Shown: positions 18,014 to 28,259 of the stretch, one piece after another | Position numbering within the stretch: the first letter of the stretch is position 1 | Layout of the letters: each line of letters starts with the position of its first letter | From: an uncultured Gammaproteobacteria bacterium | Lineage (GTDB): Bacteria > Patescibacteriota > Microgenomatia > Levybacterales > UBA12049 | Reading direction: 5' to 3' | Length of the DNA: 64,000 nucleotides | NCBI GenBank assembly: GCA_964408485.1 | Contig: CAYOZJ010000002.1 | Coordinates: forward strand, 5,235-69,234 | Position numbers and translations under genes: made by a program | The notes under the pieces: generated by a model | Database searches by the model: none | The model's input: only the letters and a program-made list of their open reading frames with translations | Told to the model about the DNA's origin: nothing

Positions 18014-20656
18014 TTACTTCTTGGCAAATGACGCAGTAATCACTGTGTCTTTCGCTACAGACAGAGAGTACGACAATGTCTCTGAACCACTGACGAGCGG
18101 GATTGTACCGTCCAAAAATTCTACCTGTTGGGGCAGATCCATTTGTAAGTCGTACGGTATTACATCTACCCCTGCTTGCTTCCATACAACAAGTGAGTAG
18201 GTTTGTTTTTGATTTGTTAGAGAGAAGGCATGAGGAATGCTATACTTCACTTCCACAGAAAGCGTACTGCTTGGATCAATCCTTGTCATAAATCCATAGA
18301 CTTCTTTTCCTGCTTCTGTTTCGTGATTTACTTCAAGACCTTTTGGGGCAACAAATGTTTTTGCCTCATATATCTTAGGGTCTGTGATAGCTGGAATAAT
18401 ATGCTGGTCAACATTATTAATCGAAATAGCATTAACTAAGGCTCCTTGTGGAAGAAGTAAGCGCATATAATTAATGTATGGTCCGCCTGGCCAGGACGCA
18501 TTGGACGTATTTTGATATGTGATAATTGCTTTTTCCACCACATCACCATTTTCTTCAACTACTACACTATGCGAAAGGCGCCGGGAGATAAATGCATTCA
18601 CTTTATTTACCCCCAAATTTGCTTCCACCACTCCAAGAAAGTCATTAAAGGACGTGCTGGTTTTTATACGCTGGTCTTGCAAAGAATTAGACAAATTATT
18701 TAATGTGAATGGTTGCTGGGTTAATAAATCGGAAAAACTCACCAATATATGTTTTCCATCTATCATCTGCATGATTTGCCCAAGCAGTATCGATGTATTT
18801 ATTGTCTTTTGTTTTTGTAGTTTTTCTAAAAGCGCCGTAGCAAATGCTCTCAGAAAATCTTTTTTTTGTGTTGAGCCAGGAAAAAAATTCCTCTCTGCGT
18901 GTTGCTCTGTCAACTCAAAAAAGTTATCTGCTGTCACGCTTTGGTTGTATGATGGAACATACACATTTCCTACCGCTTGCAGGAGTCCCTTCATTGCAGT
19001 TAAATCTACACTACCAACACCATCTACTCTCTCGCCTGTCTCAAGTGACAACATATGCGCTGCTATTTCTCCATCTTTGGTAAAGTCTGGGTCAAAATTG
19101 CTGTCACGAAGGTACAGGTGGACAAGCGGAATATATCGTCTAATTGCAAAAGGTGGCTCAACATGTCCAGCCAATTGACCATCTGCATCATACACATCAT
19201 GGACAACAAAATCTTTTATTGCCCCATTATGTAGATGAAGCAATCCATATGACCCAATAAATCCCCCACCCGGGCGAAGTTCCATGTTGTTTTGGAAAAG
19301 GATAAGATACGACCTATCCCCTGCTATTCCTAATGCTTGCGGCAACTCATCAATAACACTACCCAATGCTGCAACAATACTTCGTGCATTGATAAAATCT
19401 GTTTTGTATTTCGTAGGAATGTCATCAAGTGATATTTCCTGAAGACTGCTCTGTATTTGCTTTGTTTGTGCAACGATGACATCGCTGTCTGTCTGAGGAG
19501 AAAGGGTTTTACCTAAAAGAATTTTTTGCGTGGAGTCAGCAATACGCACCCCACTCTCTGCAATATGAGAAAGTTTTTCAAATAGATATATCTTTTTCTG
19601 AATATCCAAAACAGTCTTGCCCTGCCCAATCGCACTTGCTTCTATCTCAAGAATTCCCAATGCGCCTTTTGCTAACAATATATTTTGCTCTGCTGCTTGT
19701 ATCTTTTGTAGGGCAAGCTGCGTATTGCCGCTTCTCACATCGCTCATTCCATTTACCAAAAGAAAATATCCCACTCCCCCACTTCCGAGCGCAACGCCAA
19801 TGGGAAGAAAAATTAAGCAAAGGAAAAAATAAAAAACGTAAAAAAGCGGAAAGATATTCTTTTTCTTTTTACTCTTTTTTGGAAAAACAACACTAGCCTC
19901 TTTCTTAACACTTCTAAGATCCTTTGCAAAAATATGTTTGTATTCTTCTTGCAGTTTACTTGTTGCGTCATATTGAAGAAAAGCTGCGTGGTGAGTATAC
20001 AATGCTTCTTGCATTTGTTCTGTATCCGATGAAAAATCAATGGCTAGATCAGGGTCAATTTTTTGCAAACCGTGGGCAATACTTAATGCGGTTACTGCAT
20101 GGTTTGGACCAACAAAAACCTCCCCATTTCCTTTTCCGTGCAGAGCAATTTCTGCAATCTTTGCTATAGCATCGGCAAACAATACTGGATACCAACGATG
20201 AAGTCCCATGTTGGGAAGTTGAATGCGCTTGTTTTGTTTTGCATGAGAAAGAAAGGTATTGAGCGACGATGACACTCCTTGACCAAAGATATCCCCAACA
20301 ACAAAAATTGTTACGCTGTCTTTTATCTCTGGCAATACTTCCCTTTCCTCTTCTTTTAGGATAAGAAAAAACTCTGCGTGTTGCTCGCGTGATTTTTGTA
20401 GTAACGGATCAAGAAGGTGCTCTTCTTTTTTGCTCCAAATAAAAAATATTTTCTGATATACCCCATCAGGAATCTGTGGCAATGGAGGAAGATACGGAAC
20501 ATATACTGTGTCTTTCTCGCTCTCGATTGTTTCCTTAGATACAACAACAATGGTTGCGTGCTGCGCTAACTGATCGGACAAAAGGTTGGCAAATTGATTA
20601 TCTTTATCAATGACGAGAAAAAGGGGCTTACCAAAAGGTATTCGGGCAGAATCCAT
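18014..20656 (-). CDS. DUF4012-domain membrane protein (cell-surface polysaccharide associated)
   Basis: About 880 aa. Has an N-terminal cytoplasmic domain and a central TM helix. The large extracytoplasmic domain carries the RPGGGFIGSYG motif typical of DUF4012. The start is probably the internal Met at 20656, which avoids overlap with rnhA. Confidence 0.55.
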   Translation of the reverse strand: MDSARIPFGKPLFLVIDKDNQFANLLSDQLAQHATIVVVSKETIESEKDTVYVPYLPPLPQIPDGVYQKIFFIWSKKEEHLLDPLLQKSREQHAEFFLILKEEEREVLPEIKDSVTIFVVGDIFGQGVSSSLNTFLSHAKQNKRIQLPNMGLHRWYPVLFADAIAKIAEIALHGKGNGEVFVGPNHAVTALSIAHGLQKIDPDLAIDFSSDTEQMQEALYTHHAAFLQYDATSKLQEEYKHIFAKDLRSVKKEASVVFPKKSKKKKNIFPLFYVFYFFLCLIFLPIGVALGSGGVGYFLLVNGMSDVRSGNTQLALQKIQAAEQNILLAKGALGILEIEASAIGQGKTVLDIQKKIYLFEKLSHIAESGVRIADSTQKILLGKTLSPQTDSDVIVAQTKQIQSSLQEISLDDIPTKYKTDFINARSIVAALGSVIDELPQALGIAGDRSYLILFQNNMELRPGGGFIGSYGLLHLHNGAIKDFVVHDVYDADGQLAGHVEPPFAIRRYIPLVHLYLRDSNFDPDFTKDGEIAAHMLSLETGERVDGVGSVDLTAMKGLLQAVGNVYVPSYNQSVTADNFFELTEQHAERNFFPGSTQKKDFLRAFATALLEKLQKQKTINTSILLGQIMQMIDGKHILVSFSDLLTQQPFTLNNLSNSLQDQRIKTSTSFNDFLGVVEANLGVNKVNAFISRRLSHSVVVEENGDVVEKAIITYQNTSNASWPGGPYINYMRLLLPQGALVNAISINNVDQHIIPAITDPKIYEAKTFVAPKGLEVNHETEAGKEVYGFMTRIDPSSTLSVEVKYSIPHAFSLTNQKQTYSLVVWKQAGVDVIPYDLQMDLPQQVEFLDGTIPLVSGSETLSYSLSVAKDTVITASFAKK

Positions 20657-20663
20657 GCTTCTA

Positions 20664-21095
20664 TTATATTGAAGAAGCGAGATACTTGTCCAACGCAAGG
20701 TTAACCTGTGAATCTGCTATGAAATTTTGCTCCCTGGGAACATGAACAAACACGAAGGGGACTGCGAGCTCTTGCTGCAGCAGTCTTACCTGATCAAATA
20801 ATACTCTAATTTGTGGATGTTTTACTTTATAGATTCCGCTCAACTGCCTACAGGCCAGCTGAGAATCCATGCGGCACTCGATCTCCGAAATTCCATCAAA
20901 AGATTCTCTGTTGCGCATAATCCAGGAAAGTGCCTCAATAATTGCCGTATATTCTGCATAATTATTTGTTTGAATGCCTAAATACGTACCAAAACGCGTT
21001 AACTCCTTACTTTGATCAATTGCAATATATATGCCTGATGCTGCAGGCCCTGGATTGCCACGAGATCCTCCGTCGGTATATGTAATAATTTTCAT
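20664..21095 (-). CDS. rnhA: ribonuclease HI
   Basis: 143 aa. ITYTDGGSRGNPGPAASG and the DEDD catalytic residue pattern of RNase H. Confidence 0.8.
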   Translation of the reverse strand: MKIITYTDGGSRGNPGPAASGIYIAIDQSKELTRFGTYLGIQTNNYAEYTAIIEALSWIMRNRESFDGISEIECRMDSQLACRQLSGIYKVKHPQIRVLFDQVRLLQQELAVPFVFVHVPREQNFIADSQVNLALDKYLASSI

Positions 21096-22315
21096 AGTTT
21101 GATAAAAAGAAGTGAGATAAGCATTATAGCGAGTATGAGCGTTTCTGAAAATCCCGTAATTAGTGCTGATGCAACATAAGAATAGTGAGGAATAAAAAGA
21201 ACATTAAGTAAAATGTTTAAAATAAGTGACGCCGCATAAAGAATAGCTAAAAAGCTTTGCTTTTTCTTTGTAATAAAAATCCATTGTAAAATATTTGTTG
21301 CAAAAAAGATTGGAAGAGATAAAGATAAAATGCGAAGTGGCAGAACGGATGGCAGGAAGTCTTGCTTTACCAATGCAATAAAAGGAGAGAGGTACCAAAC
21401 AAATGGAATAAGAATGCACCCAAGAAAAAAGAAGATTGCAGTGTATAGACTTATATTTTTTCTTTGAATTCGGGAATTTTTTTCCAGGCCAAGAAGGATT
21501 GGATAGAGAGAGTTTGACAAAAATAGGGGCAATGCAATAAGAAAATCAAAGAACTTGTATGCAAAGTCATAAACACCAACGTCGTGTGACTTTTGAAAAA
21601 GGGACAACAAAATCATGTCAACTCGAAAATAAAAAAGATTTAAAAAAAGAAGGAGTGTTAGGGGAAGCGTTGCAAAGAAAAGTTTTTTAGAAAAAACAAA
21701 AGAGGGAAGTGTGATGGTAATATTTTGTTTAACAAAATACCAACTAACTCCTCCCTCTAAAAATCCCCCAACCAAATATCCAACAATAATCCATAGAAAG
21801 GGAAGCTGTAATGCAACGGTTGCGATAACGATACCAAGCGTAACAAGAGAGCTTATCAGCGTTGCTTTTGTTGCATTACTGTACGCAAGATTCTGTTGGA
21901 AAAATGCACCACATGAATAGACTACAGCTCTTGAGAAAAAAGACAAAGAAAAAAGAATAATACCCAATTTTACAACAGGGGAATACCCACTTGTTGCAGC
22001 CTGACTAAAGGGGAGAATGAATGTCAAAAGACAAATACTAACAAAAAGAAGAGACGAGAGAAGTAGTCGAAAAGACAATAGATCTGAGAAACGTTGCTCA
22101 TGCTTATCAAATTGCAAAAAGATAGCATTAGCCCCTAAATCAATCCCTAAGTAAAACAGCCCTACAAGTGCAGTTATTTTTGCCAAGTCTGAGTAACCTG
22201 CTATTCCTACATATCGAGCAATAAGAAGTGTGATAATAAATCCTGCGCCACTTGAGATAACGCGAGAGAGTACTTGAGAGGACGTATTGGTCAAAACAGC
22301 TTTCAGTATGTTCAC
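21092..22315 (-). CDS. polysaccharide biosynthesis protein / Wzx-like oligosaccharide flippase (MOP superfamily)
   Basis: 407 aa with 12 or more TM segments and flippase-like topology. Sits in an operon with an O-antigen-ligase-like gene and the DUF4012 gene. Confidence 0.45.
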   Translation of the reverse strand: MNILKAVLTNTSSQVLSRVISSGAGFIITLLIARYVGIAGYSDLAKITALVGLFYLGIDLGANAIFLQFDKHEQRFSDLLSFRLLLSSLLFVSICLLTFILPFSQAATSGYSPVVKLGIILFSLSFFSRAVVYSCGAFFQQNLAYSNATKATLISSLVTLGIVIATVALQLPFLWIIVGYLVGGFLEGGVSWYFVKQNITITLPSFVFSKKLFFATLPLTLLLFLNLFYFRVDMILLSLFQKSHDVGVYDFAYKFFDFLIALPLFLSNSLYPILLGLEKNSRIQRKNISLYTAIFFFLGCILIPFVWYLSPFIALVKQDFLPSVLPLRILSLSLPIFFATNILQWIFITKKKQSFLAILYAASLILNILLNVLFIPHYSYVASALITGFSETLILAIMLISLLFIKL

Positions 22316-23667
22316 TCTTGTATTGTAGCAGAGGTTTGGATTTTACGGATAATAAGTCCAATAACCAGCGCGAAAAGAAGTTGTCCTTGCTGAAGTGTCA
22401 AAAAATAATGGTCAAAAAACCCTGTAAAAAGAATGACAAAAAGACAAAGAAGTAAAAGGAGTATTTTATTTTTCTCTTTTACGGGAGAGGTGCGCCATAC
22501 ATGAAAAAGTCGACGCATCATAGTAGCGAGAAAACATAAAAATAAAATGAGTCCACCGATTCCTGTTTCCGCAGCAATAAGTAAGTAGATGTTATGCACC
22601 GGCTGGAGAATAAGTCCATTTTTGGCAAAGAAAGGAAGTGATGGGATAAAATTTCCCAAACCAACACCAAAGAAAGGGCGAGCAAAAATCATTGCGAAGG
22701 CATTGATTGCTAAAAGAGAGCGCTCCTGAAACGACTGATCTAAGGAGAAAGTAAGAGCTCGCTGGAGAAAGGGTTGGAAAAAAACTGATGCAAGCAGCAA
22801 TGTTGTCAAAACACCAAGTGCAGCAGAAAGCACAAATTTTTCTATCCTCTCTCGAAACGTAACCACAAGAATGATTGCGCCAACCAAAACCCATGAAACA
22901 ATAGCAACTCTACCAAGAGTGAGGGCTAGACTCATTGTTCCACACACTAACGACACTATAATCAGAATCCGCTGGAAAGAGGTCTTCCTGGACAGGAAAT
23001 AAGGAATGAGAAGCATAGCAACGACAAGATATCCGGCAAGCATATTTGGGTGCGAAAACGTTCCATATGGACGGAGGATTAGCTGCCCACCAACAGAAGC
23101 GTTGGCAATTCCTGGAGTTGTCCCTGAAAATGCACGCTCACCAAGAAAATAAAATAACCCCCCCAATGATCCTTGGTGAATAGTCTGAACAATTGAGAGA
23201 ATGCTCTCAAAGATAGCGCTCCCTGCAAAAAGTGTCCCTAGAATAACTGGTTTTGCCTTACTATGAACCGCGTACCACACAAGAAAACTAAGCTCAAGAA
23301 ACTTAAGAAGCATGTACCACCCAACCATTGGAGAGTAAGAGAGAGAAATACCTACTGAGAGAACCAAGACAAGCAAAGAAAAGAACGGATGAAAAGAAAT
23401 CCTTTTTTTCAAAACAGTAATAATAAAAAGAAAAATAAGAAGAATATCCGTTATGTAAAGGGTGGGGGAGAGGTAATCTATTCGCTGACCTAAAACATAA
23501 GAAAAATCAAACCAAAAATGCTTACCGAATTGTGTAGGGAGGAGAAAAATAAGAAGGTAAAAGAAAATGGAATCCAAATTCTTAACGAGGCTTAACAACC
23601 AATACTCTATCCCTGCCTTCACCCATTGACTCTGTTGTAACTTCACCATCATCTTGCAAGAGAACAT
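22312..23667 (-). CDS. O-antigen ligase/polymerase-like polytopic membrane protein
   Basis: 451 aa, multi-TM with a large loop. The annotated 5' end overlaps jag by 86 nt, so the true start is likely internal or non-ATG. Confidence 0.4.
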   Translation of the reverse strand: MFSCKMMVKLQQSQWVKAGIEYWLLSLVKNLDSIFFYLLIFLLPTQFGKHFWFDFSYVLGQRIDYLSPTLYITDILLIFLFIITVLKKRISFHPFFSLLVLVLSVGISLSYSPMVGWYMLLKFLELSFLVWYAVHSKAKPVILGTLFAGSAIFESILSIVQTIHQGSLGGLFYFLGERAFSGTTPGIANASVGGQLILRPYGTFSHPNMLAGYLVVAMLLIPYFLSRKTSFQRILIIVSLVCGTMSLALTLGRVAIVSWVLVGAIILVVTFRERIEKFVLSAALGVLTTLLLASVFFQPFLQRALTFSLDQSFQERSLLAINAFAMIFARPFFGVGLGNFIPSLPFFAKNGLILQPVHNIYLLIAAETGIGGLILFLCFLATMMRRLFHVWRTSPVKEKNKILLLLLCLFVILFTGFFDHYFLTLQQGQLLFALVIGLIIRKIQTSATIQE

Positions 23668-24028
23668 GCACTTCGCGCCGTTCCCAAGGCTTAAGACTTA
23701 AAGAGATTCCTGTATTCTGACTTAAAGCCTGCTCCTTAGCCTGCATTGCTAAGTTCTTGAGGTATTCTACACGATTTTTCTTATAATCTCCAACTTCAAC
23801 ACTCACTCTGACAAATTCGCCCAACTCTTTTGAAGCAACAAGAGAAAGAATTGTCTGAAATGACTCAAGCGTTTCCCCATGATAGCCAATAAGCATACCA
23901 CCATCTTCTGTCTCTACAACAACCTGAAGCATGTCCTCTGCAGGAGATACGGCAACATTGCCGCTTACCCCCAAAAGAGAAAGAAGTTTTTCTGCTGTTT
24001 CTTTAACTACTTGTGCTTGTTTTTCCAT
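23582..24028 (-). CDS. jag: Jag/KhpB RNA-binding protein (KH + R3H domains)
   Basis: 148 aa. The R3H-like C-terminus and its position immediately downstream of yidC form the canonical yidC-jag pair. Confidence 0.7.
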   Translation of the reverse strand: MEKQAQVVKETAEKLLSLLGVSGNVAVSPAEDMLQVVVETEDGGMLIGYHGETLESFQTILSLVASKELGEFVRVSVEVGDYKKNRVEYLKNLAMQAKEQALSQNTGISLSLKPWERREVHVLLQDDGEVTTESMGEGRDRVLVVKPR

Positions 24029-24894
24029 TATTTTCTCCTTACTTTATCAACCCATTCGGTCAAGCCGCCTAAGCCTGAGATTTGATACTGCTGCAGTATA
24101 CCAAAAATCGTAAACGTATTCCAGTATAAAGACAGCCCCAAAGGAAGTGTCCAGGAAAAGATAGCAATCATTGCAGGGAAAATATACAAAGACTGAGACT
24201 GAAATGCTGTTGCAAAATCATCTTCCTTTTTAACTTCCGCAACCAAGGCTTTGCTTCCACTTGCTTTAGCATCTTTTTCAACGCCTTTAATTTTCTCCTC
24301 AAAGCTCTGAAACATCATCTTTGACTGAATAAGCTGCAAAACCCCTGTTACTACTGGGATTAAAACGATTGCAAATACACCCAATTGGAATACATGACCT
24401 GGTGTTAAGCCAAGAGGAAGCCCAAAAAAGCTTGTATCCCACATATGAGTAAGTTTAAGGCCAGGGAAGTAGAGGGAGCCATTTACATAATTTAGCACGT
24501 GTTTTGCATCTGTTTTTACTATTTCCTGAAGTACTCCGTACAACGACCAGATAAGGGGAAGCTGGACCAAAAGTGGCAAGCACCCTGCAACAGGGTTAAC
24601 TCCATGCTCTTTGTAGAGTTTCATTGTTTCTGTCTGAAGGCGGGTTGCATCATTTTTGTGGATTTCTTTTAATTTATTTAAGTGAGGTGTTAGTTTTTGC
24701 ATTTTTTGAGACGTTTTGAGCTGAGAACCAATGAGTGGGAAGAGCAGCAAGCGAAAAAGTGCAGTCAAAATAATAATAGAAAAACCCAATGCATATGGCA
24801 CGTGAATCATTACCAACCCCTGATAAATCGCAACAAGTACATTAATAATGGGATGAACAAGAAGTAAATTAAAAAATTGAAAGAAAATGTTCAT
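24028..24894 (-). CDS. yidC: membrane protein insertase YidC/Oxa1 family (short Gram-positive-type)
   Basis: 288 aa, 5 TM. Conserved region KMQKL.P....L...YKEHGVNP..GCLPLL.Q.P. Confidence 0.85.
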   Translation of the reverse strand: MNIFFQFFNLLLVHPIINVLVAIYQGLVMIHVPYALGFSIIILTALFRLLLFPLIGSQLKTSQKMQKLTPHLNKLKEIHKNDATRLQTETMKLYKEHGVNPVAGCLPLLVQLPLIWSLYGVLQEIVKTDAKHVLNYVNGSLYFPGLKLTHMWDTSFFGLPLGLTPGHVFQLGVFAIVLIPVVTGVLQLIQSKMMFQSFEEKIKGVEKDAKASGSKALVAEVKKEDDFATAFQSQSLYIFPAMIAIFSWTLPLGLSLYWNTFTIFGILQQYQISGLGGLTEWVDKVRRK

Positions 24895-25125
24895 TTATTT
24901 TTGAAGCATTACGGGTAGAGAGCTTACAAATGGCTGGCAATATAAAAGTCTTAGTATTGATTTTGCTGTCCCAACTAATATTCCGTCTCGCTCAATATGT
25001 ATTCTAGCATACTCCGAGCATGTTGGCGAGTAGCGACACGCATGTCGCACTCCCATGAGCTGATGCAGAAAAGGAGAAAGGACATGCTGATAAAACGACA
25101 AGATAAGAAGCATAATACGTTTCAT
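24895..25125 (-). CDS. yidD: membrane protein insertion efficiency factor YidD
   Basis: Start at the internal Met (MKRIML...). YQHVLSPFL....CRY.PTCSEYA is the YidD signature. Confidence 0.75.
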   Translation of the reverse strand: MKRIMLLILSFYQHVLSPFLHQLMGVRHACRYSPTCSEYARIHIERDGILVGTAKSILRLLYCQPFVSSLPVMLQK

Positions 25126-25445
25126 AATGATAATTTTGCAAAAATATTGTTTATTTTTTCTTCCAACTGCATCCTTTCTATGTCCTTTATCTGTGGGTGA
25201 AGAATAAAGAGCACATCGTACCCTTTTCCTTTCTCCAACCATTGCTGCTCAATAACAGATCGAAAAACACGCTTGAGCCTATTTCTCACAGTCGCTCTTT
25301 TATCTATGGTTTTTGCCACAATAAATCCATATCGATTGTAATCAAGGTTATTTTTTTGCACTTTGGCAGAAAACACGCTGTCTTTAAAAAAGTGGGCATT
25401 GGTAAAGATAATAGAGGAGGGGAGTCTGAATTTTCTTGATAACAT
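25122..25445 (-). CDS. rnpA: ribonuclease P protein component
   Basis: 107 aa. Basic residues, a KRAT.RNRLKR-type motif, and position between rpmH and yidD. Confidence 0.8.
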   Translation of the reverse strand: MLSRKFRLPSSIIFTNAHFFKDSVFSAKVQKNNLDYNRYGFIVAKTIDKRATVRNRLKRVFRSVIEQQWLEKGKGYDVLFILHPQIKDIERMQLEEKINNIFAKLSL

Positions 25446-25582
25446 TACACAGTAAGACTATGTCTACCTTCAGCTCGTCGTCTTTTTAAGACTTTCCGAC
25501 CATTATGGCTATCCATTCGAGCTAAAAATCCATGCTTCTTTCGAGACTTCACTGGCTTGGTGGTACGAATTCCTTTTTTCAT
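25445..25582 (-). CDS. rpmH: 50S ribosomal protein L34
   Basis: 45 aa from the internal Met. [45 protein letters not shown] matches the L34 consensus (…THGFRARM…GRKVL.RRR.KGR). Confidence 0.85.
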   Translation of the reverse strand: MKKGIRTTKPVKSRKKHGFLARMDSHNGRKVLKRRRAEGRHSLTV

Positions 25583-25638
25583 GTATGTATAGTATAGCAA
25601 ATAGTGAGTGCGTTTGTCTAATGTTAGCCTTTGATCTC

Positions 25639-25668
25639 TTGACAAAAAGTTATCCACATTGCTACAGT
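25639..25668 (+). promoter_or_regulatory. dnaA promoter with embedded perfect DnaA box (TTATCCACA at 25650..25658)
   Basis: TTGACA at 25639..25644. TTATCCACA in the spacer. TACAGT-like -10 at 25663..25668. dnaA ATG at 25679. Confidence 0.5.
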
Positions 25669-25678
25669 TGCAGCTACC

Positions 25679-27019
25679 ATGACGCAACCGCTAGACGCTA
25701 TTTGGACCACTGTTTTGTCGGGAATAGAAAAAGAAGTATCTCGAGCTAATTTTTTGACTCTTTTCAAGCAAACTGCACTCATTTCTTTTGATGAGGGGAT
25801 CGCAACCGTTGCCGCACCCTCAACAATGGTTATTGACCTTCTCCAGAAGCGTTTCTTACCAATCATAAAACTTGCCTTAGAAAAAGAATTCAAACAAGAC
25901 GTAGATGTACTTTTTGTTACAAAAACCTTTACCTCTTCTCAAAAAGAGCAAGACACACCGCTTTTTACAAATACTCAGACTACGACCAAACCTCTCATCG
26001 GTCATTTACCCCGAGTAAGACCCGATTTTACCTTTGAAACACTTGCTGTCTCGGACTCAAACCGCTTAGCATACGAATCTTCCAGAAATGTTGCTAAAAA
26101 TCCTGGCAAATCATATAACCCGCTTTTTATTTACGGTCCTGTGGGAGTAGGCAAAACCCACCTTATGCAAGCAGTCGCTAACGAGGTTTATTCACAAAAT
26201 CCCGACAACAAAATCATTTACATAACGAGTGAAGAATTTACCAATGAAGTGGTTGAGGCAATTCGCTCCAATGACACAGCTAAAATGAAGAGGCGTTTCC
26301 GCTCGGCTAATTTGCTTATCATTGACGACGTGCAATTTATCGCAGGAAAAGATAGGGTCCAAGAAGAGCTGTTTCATACTTTTAATAGCCTTATTGACGG
26401 CGGGGCACAAATTGTATTGTCATCAGACAGACCGCCAAGCGAAATCAAAAAGCTTGAAGCGCGACTTTCGTCTCGTTTTGCAGGCGGACTGACTGTTGAC
26501 GTTGAGGCACCGGATTTTGAATTGCGAACAGCAATTGTTTTAAAAAAAGCAGAAAAGGTTGGCTTTGCCATATCGATTGACGCAGCAAAAATTTTAGCTG
26601 AAAAAGAGCAAGACGTGAGATCTCTTGAGGGGATGCTCCTTCGTGTTGCAACACTTTCCAAGGGGGGAGACCTACATGAAAGCGAAATTCGTCGCATGCT
26701 GGGTTCTGCAGATCTGGACAACAAAACTCATGCAATTCATGCAGACGACCTGATTGATGCAATATGTCAATTTTATAATGTCAAAACAACGCAGCTAAAG
26801 GGACCGAAGAGGGACGCTTCGCTTGTTAAAGCTCGTCAAATTGCCATGTATCTTCTTAAGCACGAATTGGGTCTTACGCTTGTTGAAATAGGAAATATCT
26901 TGGGTGGACGGGACCATACCACCGTAATGCACGGTGTGGATAAGATGGCACATCTTGTGGAAAAGAAGGGATTTTTGTCTGAGGAAATTGTGGGGATAAA
27001 AAACAGGATTAGGGGATAA
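25679..27019 (+). CDS. dnaA: chromosomal replication initiator DnaA
   Basis: 446 aa. Walker [11 protein letters not shown], Walker [10 protein letters not shown], and the C-terminal DNA-binding signature KARQIAMYL...TL.EIG...GGRDHTTV.H. Confidence 0.95.
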   Translation: MTQPLDAIWTTVLSGIEKEVSRANFLTLFKQTALISFDEGIATVAAPSTMVIDLLQKRFLPIIKLALEKEFKQDVDVLFVTKTFTSSQKEQDTPLFTNTQTTTKPLIGHLPRVRPDFTFETLAVSDSNRLAYESSRNVAKNPGKSYNPLFIYGPVGVGKTHLMQAVANEVYSQNPDNKIIYITSEEFTNEVVEAIRSNDTAKMKRRFRSANLLIIDDVQFIAGKDRVQEELFHTFNSLIDGGAQIVLSSDRPPSEIKKLEARLSSRFAGGLTVDVEAPDFELRTAIVLKKAEKVGFAISIDAAKILAEKEQDVRSLEGMLLRVATLSKGGDLHESEIRRMLGSADLDNKTHAIHADDLIDAICQFYNVKTTQLKGPKRDASLVKARQIAMYLLKHELGLTLVEIGNILGGRDHTTVMHGVDKMAHLVEKKGFLSEEIVGIKNRIRG

Positions 27020-27163
27020 TATGTGTACTAGAAGATTTGACCAAAGCTATCAACATATTATCCCAAGAGTTGTCCACATGGTTATCCACACAAAATCCGT
27101 GGCTGCTCCGTTGCTTTTTTCCACATTTCCCGATACACTACAACAACTACAAATATTTATTAT
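27020..27163. promoter_or_regulatory. putative oriC (dnaA-dnaN spacer with clustered DnaA boxes plus an AT-rich tract)
   Basis: TTGTCCACA at 27070..27078, TTATCCACA at 27082..27090 and TTTTCCACA at 27117..27125, all in the same orientation. An AT-rich stretch at 27126..27163 is a candidate DNA-unwinding element. Confidence 0.55.
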
Positions 27164-28258
27164 ATGAAAGTAACTATACTGGCAGAAAACCTTCAAAAGA
27201 AATTATCATTTGCCAATAAGGCAATCTCTACGAGAAATCAATTACCTATACTTTCCCATGTCCTTCTTGAAGCAAAAGGAGAGAGACTCATTATTAGCAG
27301 TACGGATTTAGAAATTGGAATAGAAACATCTCTTCCAGCAACTATTGAAGAAGAAGGAGCAACAACAGTACCAGCAAAGCTTTTTCTAGAATTAGTTAAC
27401 TCTCTTCCTCAAGATAAAATAATACTTACTACAGTGGACGGCTCATTAGAAATAACGAGTAAAAAAACAAAATCTCTTTTCCAAACAACCCCAAAAGACG
27501 AATTCCCTTTATTGTACGAAGAAAAAGGGGAGAAGGTTGCTGTTTTTACGAGAGGTAATATGAAGACAACATTTGGAAAAATCCTTTTTGCAGCAAGTAA
27601 TGAGACAACCCGCCCCGCACTCTCAGGAATTCTTTTTCAGAAAATGATAGATAAATTTCTTATTGTTGCAACAGATGGATATAGACTTTCTCTTGATGAG
27701 ATGCCTGAATCTGGAAAACAATCATTCGAAAAGCTTCTTATCCCAGCACGAATCTTACGTGAGGCAATGGGTGTTTTTGAGGACGGGGAAACAGACTTAT
27801 ATCTTTCAAGTAAAAACAATCAAATTATCTTTGAGCAAGAAGACACGCTTCTTGTTGGAAGAACAATTGATGCGACATTTCCAAATTTCGAAAAAGTAAT
27901 CCCAACCGATAGTGCAAGTGTTGCAGTGATAGATAAAGAAGAACTTTTAAAAGCAGTAAAACTTTGTGCGATTTTTGCCCGTGAGTCAGCAAATATTATT
28001 ACCCTTTCACTTTTGCGAGAAAAAATAGTTGTGAGTGCAAAATCTCCATCGCTTGGAGAGAATACAGTAGATGTAGAAGCGTCTCTTACAGGTGAGGAGA
28101 ATCAAATAGCCTTTAATGCACGATATCTTCTTGAGGCACTATCTAATATTCCGGAGAATGAGATAAATTTTTCTATGACAGGGCCATTAAATCCTGGGGT
28201 TTTCCGCATTCAGGGAAACATTAATTTTCTTCACTTGATTATGCCCATTAGGACATAA
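27164..28258 (+). CDS. dnaN: DNA polymerase III beta subunit (sliding clamp)
   Basis: 364 aa with a three-domain clamp. MKVTILAENLQKKL...ISTRNQLPILSHVLLEA. Confidence 0.9.
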   Translation: MKVTILAENLQKKLSFANKAISTRNQLPILSHVLLEAKGERLIISSTDLEIGIETSLPATIEEEGATTVPAKLFLELVNSLPQDKIILTTVDGSLEITSKKTKSLFQTTPKDEFPLLYEEKGEKVAVFTRGNMKTTFGKILFAASNETTRPALSGILFQKMIDKFLIVATDGYRLSLDEMPESGKQSFEKLLIPARILREAMGVFEDGETDLYLSSKNNQIIFEQEDTLLVGRTIDATFPNFEKVIPTDSASVAVIDKEELLKAVKLCAIFARESANIITLSLLREKIVVSAKSPSLGENTVDVEASLTGEENQIAFNARYLLEALSNIPENEINFSMTGPLNPGVFRIQGNINFLHLIMPIRT

Positions 28259-28259
28259 T

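Noticed and set aside
27126-27163. A second promoter or TATA element, TATTAT, abutting the dnaN ATG.
   Set aside because: The AT-rich stretch here is more parsimoniously the oriC DNA-unwinding element. The promoter assignment is too ambiguous to call.
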